Positions 7,134-15,892 of a stretch of DNA of 32,000 nt are shown one piece after another (positions within the stretch are counted from its first letter, which is position 1; every line of letters begins with the position of its first letter). The stretch lies in the NCBI RefSeq assembly GCF_000189295.2, contig NC_016803.1, forward strand, positions 3,000,001-3,032,000, given 5' to 3'. Source of the stretch: Pseudodesulfovibrio mercurii (GTDB lineage Bacteria > Desulfobacterota > Desulfovibrionia > Desulfovibrionales > Desulfovibrionaceae). A program made the position numbers and the translations under genes. The notes beneath the pieces were generated by a model, which searched no databases, was not told the DNA's origin, and saw only the letters and a program-made list of their open reading frames with translations.

Positions 7134-8915
7134 CTAGCTGGGCAGCTCGTCGTTTTCGAGCAGGGAGGAGAAAAAGGTCACTTCCTCCGGGAAATGCTTG
7201 AAGATGTTGTCCATCACCAGGTTGTTGATGCGGCTGACCGTGCGGCACTCCAGGACGTCCTTGAGCAGCAGGCGGCAGTCGTGCATGTTGGTCTGCCGGA
7301 TGATGCGCTTGATGCCGGGAATGGCCTGGGGGGTCATGGAGATGGAGTCGATGCCCATGCCGAGCAGGATGGGCACGCAGAACGGGTCCGAGGCCACCTC
7401 GCCGCAGAGGGACACTTCTATGCCCGCCTGGTGCGCGGCGTCAACCACCAACTTGATGGCCCGCAGGGTGGCCGGGTGCAGGGGCTGGTACAGGTAGGAC
7501 ACGTGCCGGTTGGTCCGGTCCACGCCGATGGAGTACTGGATCAGGTCGTTGGTCCCGATGGAGAAGAAGTCCACCTCCTGGGCCAGGAACTCGGCGATCA
7601 TCACCGCCGCGGGCAGCTCGATCATGGTCCCGAGCGGCATGTCCGGGTCGTAGTCCACGCCCTCGCGCCGAAGCTCGGCCTTGGCCTGGGCCAGCCACGC
7701 CTTGGCCTGGCGGACTTCCTTCACGCCCGAGATCATGGGGAACATGAGCGAGACGTTGCCGTAGGCCGAGGCGCGCAGGATGGCCCGCAGCTGGGTCTTG
7801 AACAGCTGGGGGTTCTTGAGGCAGAAGCGGATGGCCCGCAGCCCCATGGCCGGATTGGTCTCGTTGAGCTCGCCGAAGGCGGAGATGAACTTGTCGCTGC
7901 CCAGGTCGAGGGTGCGGAAGACCACCTTGCGCGGGGACATGATCGCGGCCAGGTCGATGTACTTCTCGGCCAGTTCGTCCTCGGTGGGCAGGCTGGTCCG
8001 GTTGAGGTAGGCGTACTCGGTGCGATACAGCCCCACGCCCTCGCCGCCGTTGTCCAGGACCGCCGTGACCTCCTCGACCAGCTCGATGTTGGCCTGGACC
8101 ATGACCCGCGAGCCGTCGAAGGTCTCGGCGGGCAGGTGGCAGTGGCGGCGGATCTTGCGCGTGTAGTCCTCGAACAGGGCGGCGCGTTCGTTGTATTCGG
8201 CCAGCTCGGACTCGGTGGGGTTGACCACGATCTTGCCGGTCAGGCCGTCGATGACCACCAGGTCGCCGTCGTGGACCTCCTCCAGACGTCCCACGCCCAC
8301 CAGGGCGGGGATGCCCAGCGACCGGGCCATGATGCCCGTGTGCGAGGTCTTGCCGCCGCGCACGGTGGCGAAGGCCATGATCTTGTCCACCTGGAGTTCG
8401 ACCGTGTCCGCCGGGGTCAGGTCGTGGGCCATGATGATGGCCCGCCCCGAGATGGAGGACAGGTCGGTCTTCACGCCCATGAGCTTGGTCTGGACCTTTT
8501 CCGCGACCACGCGCACGTCCTGCATGCGCTCGCGGATGTACTGGTCCTTGATGGCCTCGAAGGCGGCCTCCTGGTCGGAGACGGCCTTTTCCAGCGCCCA
8601 GGCCGCGTTCAGGCCCAGGGTCTCGATGTATTTTTTGGCGGACCCGGACAGCTTGGGGTCCTTGAGCATCATCATGTGGGTGTCGATGAGGGAGCCGTGG
8701 CTCTTGAGTTCCTCGGGCACCTGTTCGCGGATGGCGGCCAGTTCGCCCTCCACGGCCTTGAAGGCGGCGTGGAGGCGTTCGATCTCCGCGGGCATGTCTT
8801 CAGCGGCGACGATCTGCCGGGGCAGGTTCGCCATGTGATTCCGGTTCACGAAAAAGGCCTTGCCGATGGCAATGCCGGTGGCGACCGGTATGCCCGTGAG
8901 GGTCGAGTCAGCCAT
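7134..8915 (-). CDS. ptsI: Phosphoenolpyruvate-protein phosphotransferase (PTS Enzyme I)
   Basis: 593 aa with [18 protein letters not shown] (active-site His region), GLYRTEY, and [12 protein letters not shown]...CGE. The ATG at 8915 abuts the ptsH stop. Confidence 0.95.
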   Translation of the reverse strand: MADSTLTGIPVATGIAIGKAFFVNRNHMANLPRQIVAAEDMPAEIERLHAAFKAVEGELAAIREQVPEELKSHGSLIDTHMMMLKDPKLSGSAKKYIETLGLNAAWALEKAVSDQEAAFEAIKDQYIRERMQDVRVVAEKVQTKLMGVKTDLSSISGRAIIMAHDLTPADTVELQVDKIMAFATVRGGKTSHTGIMARSLGIPALVGVGRLEEVHDGDLVVIDGLTGKIVVNPTESELAEYNERAALFEDYTRKIRRHCHLPAETFDGSRVMVQANIELVEEVTAVLDNGGEGVGLYRTEYAYLNRTSLPTEDELAEKYIDLAAIMSPRKVVFRTLDLGSDKFISAFGELNETNPAMGLRAIRFCLKNPQLFKTQLRAILRASAYGNVSLMFPMISGVKEVRQAKAWLAQAKAELRREGVDYDPDMPLGTMIELPAAVMIAEFLAQEVDFFSIGTNDLIQYSIGVDRTNRHVSYLYQPLHPATLRAIKLVVDAAHQAGIEVSLCGEVASDPFCVPILLGMGIDSISMTPQAIPGIKRIIRQTNMHDCRLLLKDVLECRTVSRINNLVMDNIFKHFPEEVTFFSSLLENDELPS

Positions 8916-9221
8916 TTATGCCCCTTCGAATTTGTTCAGGAACAGCGCTTCCAGCCGATCCAGCGCGGCCGCGGCGTCAGCGCCCTCGGCGCGCAGTTCC
9001 ACCAAATTGCCCGGACCGGCGGCCAGGGTCAGGATGTCCAGGATGGACTTGGCGTCCACGGACTGGCCGTCCACGACCAGGGATATCTCCGAGTCGAAGG
9101 TCTGGGCCTCCTGGGCCAGCCGACCCGCGGGCCGGGCGTGCAGCCCGTTCTCCGAGGAGACGACCACCTTCCTGGATAGGTACCCCGGTGTCTCGTCGGT
9201 CTTGGTGCTTTCATCCGTCAT
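8916..9221 (-). CDS. ptsH: Phosphocarrier protein HPr (with a ~14-aa acidic N-terminal extension)
   Basis: VVVSSENGLHARPAGRL contains the His15-equivalent and DAKSILDIL the Ser46-equivalent. It lies immediately upstream of ptsI. Confidence 0.9.
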   Translation of the reverse strand: MTDESTKTDETPGYLSRKVVVSSENGLHARPAGRLAQEAQTFDSEISLVVDGQSVDAKSILDILTLAAGPGNLVELRAEGADAAAALDRLEALFLNKFEGA

Positions 9222-9269
9222 AGCAAAACCTGCTTTTCACGTCGTGGTTATGTCCGATCGGGAGGGAAA

Positions 9270-10061
9270 TCACAAGCCAAAAGCGTTTTTGGCCGCGGTC
9301 TCGATCCACGGGAAAAGTTCAATCAGGCCCACGAACACGGCCACGGCCAGCACCCTGGAGAGCAGGCCGGTGCGCACGTAGCGGGCAAAGAGCAGGAGCG
9401 CGGCCAGGCCGACCGCGAACTCCCACCAGTCATAGGGGCGCGGCCAGATGAGCGTCCACAGCCACAGGAGCAGGGCCGCGTTGGCGTACTTGACCTTGGT
9501 CCCCCAGTTGATCAGGTCCCAGTGCCGGAGCCGCTCCAGGAAGCGGAACCCCTGCTTGACCCCGCCGATGAAGGTGTAGGCCCGGAAGACCTGGAGCCCG
9601 ACGAACATGACCAGCCCCAGGGCGAAGGCCAGGTACGGGAAGCCGGTCAGGAGCAGGCAGATGGTCAGCAGGGCCCAGAAGATGAGCAGGCTGCCCGCGA
9701 AGACCGAGTCGCCGATGGCCGACAGGGTGTAGCTGGTGGTGTCCCGGACCTTGGCCAGCATGCGCGGCGGGAAGTGGCCCGCGCTGATGGTCGTCTCCAC
9801 GTTGAGCAGGATGCCGACCATGCACGGGGTCCAGAAGGGGTGCGACTGGTAGTGGCGGGCGTACCGCTTGAGGGCCGCGCGGAAGTCCTTGGGGTCCTTG
9901 TGGATGGCCCCGAGCCCCGGCAGCATGGCGTACATCAGCCCGATGTTCTGCATGCCGCGCGTGTTGAAGCCCGCGCCGGTCAGGTAGCAGCGCAGGAAGC
10001 TGCGCAGGAAGGCCACCGTCTTGGTGTCGGCCTGGAGTCGGGAGATGCCGTGAGCCGCCAT
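9270..10061 (-). CDS. PTS mannose/fructose/sorbose-family IID-like membrane component (no IIC, IIA or IIB in the window)
   Basis: FLRSFLRCYLTGAGFNTRGMQNIGLMYAMLPGL resembles the conserved IID N-terminal motif (W/FNYERMQNxGFxYxMxP). Several hydrophobic helices follow. Adjacent to ptsH-ptsI. Confidence 0.7.
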   Translation of the reverse strand: MAAHGISRLQADTKTVAFLRSFLRCYLTGAGFNTRGMQNIGLMYAMLPGLGAIHKDPKDFRAALKRYARHYQSHPFWTPCMVGILLNVETTISAGHFPPRMLAKVRDTTSYTLSAIGDSVFAGSLLIFWALLTICLLLTGFPYLAFALGLVMFVGLQVFRAYTFIGGVKQGFRFLERLRHWDLINWGTKVKYANAALLLWLWTLIWPRPYDWWEFAVGLAALLLFARYVRTGLLSRVLAVAVFVGLIELFPWIETAAKNAFGL

Positions 10062-10074
10062 GGACGTCCCTGTG

Positions 10075-10632
10075 CTAGGTGCGGGCGGGCAGGAGGCGGG
10101 CGCGGACCAGGTGGCGGCCGGTGATCACGGCCAGGGAGGTCTTGATCAGCCCCCAGAGCAGGAACGGGGCCGCGCCCAGCGCCCAGGCCCGGGCCCAGGT
10201 CAGGGTGAGGGAGAACTTGAGCCAGGCCACGCCCAGGACGAAGAGCACGGCCATGCCGAGGATGCCGAAGACGAACCCGCGCGCCCAGGAGATCCCGTCG
10301 TCGTCGCGGGCCAGTCCGGCGATGCAGGCGTAGGGGACGAAGCCGATCAGGAAGCCGCCGGTGGGCCCGAACAGGTGGCCGAGCCCGGACCCGCCGCCCG
10401 CGAACACGGGCAGTCCGGCGACCCCGGCCAGGAGGTACAGTCCCACGGCCAGGCCGCCGCGCACCGGGCCGAGCACGAACCCGGCCAGGGCCACGAAAAA
10501 GGTCTGGAGGGACACCGGCACCGGGCCGATGGGCAGGTTGAGCCAGGCCCCGGCCCCGATGAGGGCGGCCATGAGCGCGGTCCAGGTCAGGCGGTGGATA
10601 TCGGTCAGCGGCGTGGTCTTCATTGGGCGCAT
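10075..10632 (-). CDS. bioY: Biotin transporter S-component BioY (paralog 1)
   Basis: PVPVSLQTFFVALAGFVLGP...GLPVFAGGGSGLGHLFGPTGGFLIGF are BioY signature segments. The start could be the ATG at 10632 or 10623. Confidence 0.85.
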   Translation of the reverse strand: MRPMKTTPLTDIHRLTWTALMAALIGAGAWLNLPIGPVPVSLQTFFVALAGFVLGPVRGGLAVGLYLLAGVAGLPVFAGGGSGLGHLFGPTGGFLIGFVPYACIAGLARDDDGISWARGFVFGILGMAVLFVLGVAWLKFSLTLTWARAWALGAAPFLLWGLIKTSLAVITGRHLVRARLLPART

Positions 10633-10708
10633 CCTATCAGGTTATGGACGGGAGCGCATCAAAGCATAGACGGTCCCGGCTGTCCAGTGGGGGCGGGGAA
10701 TCGCCTCG

Positions 10709-11302
10709 CTACCGGCCGGGCGTCAGGCCCAGCCGGACCATGTGCCGGGCGCAGGCCAGGGCCACGACCACCTTGAGGATGTCCCAGGGGATGAAGGGCA
10801 GCACGCCCACGGCACCGGCCTTGATCCAGGTAATGTCCAGCGCGTGCATGAGCCAGGCCGCGCCGGTCAGGTAGGCCAGGGACACGCCCGCCAGCCCGGC
10901 GACCAGACCGCGCGCCCAGGGCAGCCCGCCCTCGCGGGTTCGGGCCAGTCCGCAGAGGAAGGCCGTGCCCAGGAAGCCGATCAGATAGCCGCCCGTGGGC
11001 CCGTACAGGTAGCCGAGCCCGGACTTGCCGCCCGCGAACACGGGCAGGCCGATGCACCCGGCCAGGAGGTACAGCCCCATGGCCATGACCGCGTGCCGGG
11101 GTCCGAGCAGGTACCCGGCCAGGAAGATGAAGAACGGCTGCATGGACACCGGCACCGGGCCGATGGGCACGATCAGGTACGCCCCGGCCCCGATGAGGGC
11201 GGCCAGGAGCGCGGTCCAGACCAGCCGGTGCAGGTCCGACAGGGGGGAGTCGGGCAGGGGGGAACCGGACCGGGGTTGGTCGGGATGTCGCTTGTCGGCC
11301 AT
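10709..11302 (-). CDS. bioY: Biotin transporter S-component BioY (paralog 2)
   Basis: PVPVSMQPFFIFLAGYLLGP...GLPVFAGGKSGLGYLYGPTGGYLIGF. ATG at 11302 (MADKRH...), 197 aa. The rest of ORF 10709..12121 is a shadow frame of bioB. Confidence 0.85.
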   Translation of the reverse strand: MADKRHPDQPRSGSPLPDSPLSDLHRLVWTALLAALIGAGAYLIVPIGPVPVSMQPFFIFLAGYLLGPRHAVMAMGLYLLAGCIGLPVFAGGKSGLGYLYGPTGGYLIGFLGTAFLCGLARTREGGLPWARGLVAGLAGVSLAYLTGAAWLMHALDITWIKAGAVGVLPFIPWDILKVVVALACARHMVRLGLTPGR

Positions 11303-11307
11303 GGGGA

Positions 11308-12279
11308 TCACTCCTTTGCCGGGGCCAGTCCGGCCCGGCGCATGTCTTCGAGGTCCGAGGCCGCGTCGTTGCCCCGCGTGGTCAGGTAGTCGCCGATCAT
11401 CAGGCCGTCGGCCCCGGCGGTCAGCGGCTCGAGCCGCGCCTCGCCGAAGACCGTTGGCCGCCCGCCGCAGATGCGCAGGTGCCGGTCCGGCAGCAGGAAG
11501 CGGTACAGGGCGACGATGGCCAGGGCCTCCTCCGGGGCGAGGGGGGCGCGGTGCTCCAGCGGCGTGCCCGGAATGGGCGTCAGGAAATTCATGGGCACGG
11601 ACGGCACGCCCAGCTCCCGCAGGAGCAGGGCCAGCTCCACCCGGTCGTCCCAGGTCTCGCCGATGCCGAAGATGCCGCCCGAACAGACGTACAGCCCGGC
11701 GTCGAGCCCGGCCCGGACCGCATCGACGTCCTCCTGGTACGCATGGGTGGTGCACATGCGGGGGAAATGCGTGGCCGAGGTCTCCAGGTTGTGGTGGTAG
11801 CCCGCGAGCCCGGCCCGCTTCAGGCGCGCCAGCTGGGCCCGGTCCAGCAGGCCCGGCGACAGGTCCGGGGTCAGGCCGACCCCGGCCACGGCCCGGACCG
11901 CCCGCTCGAAGCCGTCCAGGTCGCGCCCGCCCACCAGCTTGCCCGAGGCCACGATGCCGAACCGCGTCGCCCCGGACGCCCTGGCCCGGTCTGCGGCGGC
12001 CGCGATCTCGCCCGTGGGCAGCAGGGGATATTCCGGGCTGTGCGCCGCGTGGTGGCCGGACTGGGCGCAGAAGGCGCAGTCCTCGGAACAGGTCCCGGAC
12101 TTGGCGTTGACGATGGCGCACAGCCCCACCCGGTTGCCGAACCGGGCCTCACGGATGCGCCGGGCGTGTCCGAGCAGCTCGGGGAGGCGTTCCTGCGCTT
12201 GTGCAATAAGGAACAATATCTCGGCGTCCGAGGGCAGGACGCCGTCAAGCCCTTTGCGGGCAATGCTCGACAGGTTCAT
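11308..12279 (-). CDS. bioB: Biotin synthase (radical SAM)
   Basis: CSEDCAFCAQS is the CxxxCxxC radical-SAM cluster motif, with the downstream biotin-synthase-like segments GATRFGIVASG and YHHNLETS. ATG at 12279; an alternative TTG lies at 12315. Confidence 0.9.
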   Translation of the reverse strand: MNLSSIARKGLDGVLPSDAEILFLIAQAQERLPELLGHARRIREARFGNRVGLCAIVNAKSGTCSEDCAFCAQSGHHAAHSPEYPLLPTGEIAAAADRARASGATRFGIVASGKLVGGRDLDGFERAVRAVAGVGLTPDLSPGLLDRAQLARLKRAGLAGYHHNLETSATHFPRMCTTHAYQEDVDAVRAGLDAGLYVCSGGIFGIGETWDDRVELALLLRELGVPSVPMNFLTPIPGTPLEHRAPLAPEEALAIVALYRFLLPDRHLRICGGRPTVFGEARLEPLTAGADGLMIGDYLTTRGNDAASDLEDMRRAGLAPAKE

Positions 12280-12373
12280 ACGGGGCTTTGTCAAGCAGTC
12301 GGGCCGAGATGTCAAGCCGCCCGGAAATGCCCGAATGACGGGGGAATGTGAAGAAAAGAATTTGCAAAGGGGG

Positions 12374-12401
12374 TTGCTTCGCCGCGAAAAGAGGCTATAC
12401 T
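12374..12401 (+). promoter_or_regulatory. Candidate sigma70-type promoter for the small ORF at 12433
   Basis: TTGCTT (12374-12379), 16-nt spacer, TATACT (12396-12401). It sits in an AT-richer patch ~30 nt upstream of the ATG. Confidence 0.35.
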
Positions 12402-12432
12402 TTAGTTTGAATCAATTTCGGAGGATAAAAGT

Positions 12433-12648
12433 ATGGAAATCGATCTCATGTTCGTGGACGGTCTGCTGGTCTTCGCCGTGATGGCGTTTCTGGCGAGTCT
12501 CGGTCCCATCGTCGGCGCGTTCGTCAAGGGATGCTGCCCGACCGCGTTGCGCTCCGCCCGCCGCTTCACCCGGCGTCATCCCGCGCTGTTCGCCGAGTCC
12601 GGCGACTTCTATTGTTTCTTCCACAAGGACGCCCTGTACGGCTTATAG
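12433..12648 (+). CDS. Hypothetical small membrane protein (71 aa, one TM helix, Cys-containing basic tail)
   Basis: GGAGG lies 7 nt upstream of the ATG. Hydrophobic helix LLVFAVMAFLASLGPIVGAFV. A very strong terminator follows. No family recognised. Confidence 0.5.
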   Translation: MEIDLMFVDGLLVFAVMAFLASLGPIVGAFVKGCCPTALRSARRFTRRHPALFAESGDFYCFFHKDALYGL

Positions 12649-12673
12649 CCCCGGCCCAAGCCTGTTGCTGCAA

Positions 12674-12723
12674 CCGGAAGGCCGGAAGCGGGATGCCCCG
12701 CTTCCGGCCTTCCGGATTTTTTT
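12674..12723 (+). terminator. Rho-independent terminator
   Basis: A 19-bp perfect stem, CCGGAAGGCCGGAAGCGGG / CCCGCTTCCGGCCTTCCGG, with loop ATGC, followed by ATTTTTTTTTGG. Confidence 0.85.
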
Positions 12724-12883
12724 GGTATGAGGAAAAGTCAGGTTTGGATGCCGCTGCGCGGCGATGTCGGGTGATTTTCGCCTCCGGCGGGCAAGGGTTC
12801 GCACCCTTGCATCCCTCTACGGCGCCTTCGGCGCGGGGTCTTTCCGCTTCGCTTGGCGAGGCACCTTTCCCCGGTCTTTGCGA

Positions 12884-13711
12884 TCAGTCGCGCATGAGGG
12901 CGTAGACTTCCTTGGCGGTCCAGCCTTCGCTGCGCTCGGCCACGCGGCGGGCGATCTCCTTGGGCTTGCCGCCGATCTCGGTCTCCTCCTCGATGCGCCT
13001 GAGGATGACCGCCTCGTCCGCCTCGCCGTCGTCCCCGCCGGGGGCGATGATGACCGTCAGCTCGCCGCGCAGCTCGAAGTCGAACCCGTCCAGGGCGTCG
13101 AGGTTGCCGCGCAGGAACTCCTCGTACTCCTTGGTCAGCTCGCGGGCCACGCAGAAGTCGCGTGGGCCCAGGATCTCGCGGGCGATCTGGAGGGTGCCCT
13201 TGAGCCGGGTCTTGCGCTCGAACAGGACCAGGGTGGCCCCGGTGTCGCGGTGGGCCGTGAACAGCCGCTCGGTCTGGCTCTTCTTGCGCGGCGGAAAGCC
13301 CAGGAAGGTGTAGGGCAGGGGCGGCAGCCCCGAGGCCGACAGGGCCGTGACCGGGGCGGACGGGCCTGGCACGGGCGTGACCCGGAACCCCTGCTCGCGG
13401 CAGGCGCGCACCAGGGTGAAGCCGGGGTCGGACAGCAGCGGGGTGCCCGCGTCCGAGATGAGCGCCACCCGGAGCCCCTCGGCCAGCAGGTCCAGGACCT
13501 TGGGCAGCTTCTTGTCCTCGTTGTGCTCGAAAAAGGAGATCAGCCTGCCGTGGCGCGGCAGCCCCAGCCGCTGGAAGAGCAGCCCGGCCCGCCGGGTGTC
13601 CTCGGCCAGGACCACGTCCGCGTCCATGAGGACCTGCCGCGCCCTCGGTGACAGGTCGTCCGCATTGCCCAGCGGGGTGGCCACGACAAACAGGGTGCCG
13701 GTATCGCTCAT
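12884..13711 (-). CDS. rsmI: 16S rRNA (cytidine1402-2'-O)-methyltransferase RsmI
   Basis: TLFVVATPLGNADDLSPRA...VLAEDTR...ALISDAGTPLLSDPG...ELTKEYEE are typical RsmI motifs. The ATG at 13711 overlaps the yraN stop (ATGA). Confidence 0.9.
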   Translation of the reverse strand: MSDTGTLFVVATPLGNADDLSPRARQVLMDADVVLAEDTRRAGLLFQRLGLPRHGRLISFFEHNEDKKLPKVLDLLAEGLRVALISDAGTPLLSDPGFTLVRACREQGFRVTPVPGPSAPVTALSASGLPPLPYTFLGFPPRKKSQTERLFTAHRDTGATLVLFERKTRLKGTLQIAREILGPRDFCVARELTKEYEEFLRGNLDALDGFDFELRGELTVIIAPGGDDGEADEAVILRRIEEETEIGGKPKEIARRVAERSEGWTAKEVYALMRD

Positions 13712-14130
13712 GCTCTCTGTCCATCCAGTTGAAAGACGTTTTCCTCGAGTTCCACGGTCAGGACCCGGCCCGTGTCCGTGACCGAGGCCAGGTCGAACCG
13801 GCACGGCTCGTCCCACAGGTCGTGCTCGGTCAGGTAGTGGCTGGCCGCCTTGATCAGCCGGGCCTGCTTTTTACGCGTCAGGGCCTCGCCCGGCGCACCC
13901 ATGGACCCGGCCCGCCGGGTCTTGACCTCCACGAAGACCACCGTGTCCCGGTCGCGGCAGATCAGGTCCAGCTCCCACTGGTGAAAGCGCCAGTTGCGCG
14001 CCAGCACCCGGAATCCCCTGGCTTCGAGGTAGCGCGCGGCCGCGTCCTCGCCGAGGTCCCCGGCGGTCCTGGTCCGCTCTGTCCCCCGGCCTTGGTCCGG
14101 CCCGGACAGCAGTTTCGTGAAGAATCCCAT
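13708..14130 (-). CDS. yraN: YraN-family (UPF0102) endonuclease-like protein
   Basis: GEDAAARYLEARGFRVLARNWR...ELDLICRDRDTVVFVEVKTR is a UPF0102 signature. 140 aa. The remainder of the 868-aa ORF 13708..16314 is an antisense shadow. Confidence 0.85.
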   Translation of the reverse strand: MGFFTKLLSGPDQGRGTERTRTAGDLGEDAAARYLEARGFRVLARNWRFHQWELDLICRDRDTVVFVEVKTRRAGSMGAPGEALTRKKQARLIKAASHYLTEHDLWDEPCRFDLASVTDTGRVLTVELEENVFQLDGQRA

Positions 14131-14235
14131 GCCCCGGGGGATAGCACAGCCCGTTTCACGAGGCCAGCGGAACCGTTCCACGGGGTTCCCCGGCGGCCGG
14201 GGATGGTGTATGCTGCCCCGAAAAGAGGTGAAGAC

Positions 14236-15342
14236 ATGCTCAAATATGCCATGATCGGCGGCGGACCGGGCGCCTTTGTCGGCGGCGTGCACCGGCGGGC
14301 GCTGGCCCTGAACGGACAGGCCCGGCTGGTGGCCGGGTGTTTCTCCCGCGACCTGGAAAAGAGCCGCGTCCTGGGGCGGGAACTCGAACTGGACGGGGAC
14401 CGGGTCTACGCCACGCCCGAGGAGCTGGCCCGGCTTGAGGCCGGGGATGTGGATTTCGCCGTGGTGGTCACCTCCAACGAGGCCCACTACCCCAACGTCA
14501 AGGCCTGCCTCCTGAGCGGCATCAACGTCATGTGCGACAAGCCGTTCACCCACACCTCGGCCCAGGCCGAGGAGCTGGTCCGGCTGGCCCGCGAGCGGCG
14601 GCTGGTCCTGGCCGTGACCTACACCTACGCGGGCTATCCCATGGTCCGGCAGATGCGCGAGATGATCGCGCGCGGTGACGTGGGCGAGGTCCGCTTCGTC
14701 AATTGCGAGTACCCCCAGGGATGGCTGGCCGAGCCGGTGGAGACCTCGGGCAACGTCCAGGCCTCCTGGCGGACCGACCCCGAGCGCAGCGGCGGCGTCC
14801 TGTCGCTGGGCGACGTGGGCACCCACGTCGAATACCTGGTGCCCCACGTCACCGGCCTGACCCTGACCCGGCTGGCCGCCCGCCTCGACTCGCTGGTGGA
14901 GGGGCGGACGCTCGACGACAACGGCGTGATCCTGACCGAGTACGACACCGGCGCGCGCGGGGTCTACTGGTACTCCCAGGCGGCCACGGGCACGGTCAAC
15001 GGCCTGCGGCTGCGCGTCTTTGGCGACCGGGGCGGCCTGGAATGGTTCCAGGAGGATCCGGACCACCTGCGCTACACGCCGATCAACGAGCCCGCCCGGA
15101 TCATCACCCGAGGCACCCCGGAGCTGCTGCCCGGCGCCATGGCCTATTCCCACACCCCGGCCGGCCACCCCGAGGGCTGGCTCCTGGCCTTCGCCAACAT
15201 CTACAAGTCCTTCTGCGACACCATCGCCACGGGCGCGGCCATGGACTTCCCCACCGGCGAGGACGGCCTGCGCGGCGTCCGCTTCATGGAGGCCTGCCTG
15301 CAAAGCTCCCGCCAGGGCACCGCCTGGATAGATATCCCCTGA
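14236..15342 (+). CDS. Gfo/Idh/MocA-family NAD(P)-dependent oxidoreductase
   Basis: The N-terminal Rossmann segment YAMIGGGPGAFVGGVHRRA and the CDKPFT motif are typical of the family. ATG at 14236 is preceded by AGAGGTG. Confidence 0.9.
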   Translation: MLKYAMIGGGPGAFVGGVHRRALALNGQARLVAGCFSRDLEKSRVLGRELELDGDRVYATPEELARLEAGDVDFAVVVTSNEAHYPNVKACLLSGINVMCDKPFTHTSAQAEELVRLARERRLVLAVTYTYAGYPMVRQMREMIARGDVGEVRFVNCEYPQGWLAEPVETSGNVQASWRTDPERSGGVLSLGDVGTHVEYLVPHVTGLTLTRLAARLDSLVEGRTLDDNGVILTEYDTGARGVYWYSQAATGTVNGLRLRVFGDRGGLEWFQEDPDHLRYTPINEPARIITRGTPELLPGAMAYSHTPAGHPEGWLLAFANIYKSFCDTIATGAAMDFPTGEDGLRGVRFMEACLQSSRQGTAWIDIP

Positions 15343-15356
15343 CCCGATAATTATCA

Positions 15357-15382
15357 GGCCGCCCACCGGGCGGCCTTTCTTT
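15357..15382 (+). terminator. Rho-independent terminator of the oxidoreductase gene
   Basis: GGCCGCCC-ACC-GGGCGGCC is an 8-bp GC stem, followed by TTTCTTT. Confidence 0.75.
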
Positions 15383-15685
15383 CCCCCCCTCTCGGAGCGA
15401 TTCGGGTGCCCTCGGGCACCCGACAGCGCCCCCCGCACAGCGGCACGCCTCCCCGCGTCCCGCCACCCCTCTTCCCCGCACCGAACGAGCCCTGGAGCGG
15501 TCGCGTAGAAGCCGACCGCGAAGGGGTGGCGGCTCTTGTTCCGTCGAGGCTCGGTCTTCCCCAAAAGGGGCCATCCCGCACCGGGAGCCGGTTGATACTT
15601 TTGATCAGATGGAGCCGCCCCGAGCGGATCGGATTCTTGCGCCCGCTCCCCGGGCGGCCGCGTCCCCTCCAGGGCCTTTTTTTTC

Positions 15686-15717
15686 GTCCATTTTTTTGGG
15701 CCAGCAAAAAAATGGAC
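15686..15717. repeat. AT-rich perfect inverted repeat (12-bp stem) inside the 554-nt intergenic gap
   Basis: GTCCATTTTTTT-GGGCCAGC-AAAAAAATGGAC, preceded by a T8 run at 15677-15684. Confidence 0.8.
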
Positions 15718-15854
15718 CCCGCCGGGAGGGCATGGAAGCCGAGGCGGCGCAGCCGCCTCGCTGGCTCTTCGCGCCGAGGGCGCGTCCCCGGAGCGAGGAG
15801 CCGCAGGCTCCAACGCGGCTCTCGCCGTCGTATCGAGCCCAGACCGCAAAAGGC

Positions 15855-15892
15855 AAAGAAAAGGGAAAAGAAAAAAAAGGAAAGGGAAGGAA
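15855..15892 (+). repeat. 38-nt pure polypurine tract containing a perfect 19-nt mirror repeat
   Basis: AAAGAAAAGGGAAAAGAAAAAAAAGGAAAGGGAAGGAA. The first 19 nt, AAAGAAAAGGGAAAAGAAA, are mirror-symmetric. It lies 4 nt downstream of the fetB stop, where it reads as a polypyrimidine tract on the fetB strand. Confidence 0.9.

Noticed and set aside
6603-7140. Looked for a tmRNA (ssrA) gene next to smpB, and for tRNA-like T-arm sequences (GGTTCGA[A/T]TCC) in all intergenic gaps
   Set aside because: No tRNA-like acceptor/T-arm end or tag-peptide reading frame was recognisable by eye. smpB is flanked directly by ptsI and a lipoprotein gene.
7077-9179. 700-aa plus-strand ORF antisense to ptsI/ptsH
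   Set aside because: The opposite strand encodes unmistakable Enzyme I and HPr. This product is a Gly/Asp/His/Val/Leu/Gln-rich shadow with no motifs, as expected for stop-poor antisense frames in high-GC DNA.
11303-12121. N-terminal extension of the second bioY ORF (470-aa ORF 10709..12121); also the plus-strand ORFs 11025..12110 and 11479..12351
   Set aside because: They overlap bioB, whose radical-SAM frame is unambiguous. The products are Arg/Pro/Gly-rich.
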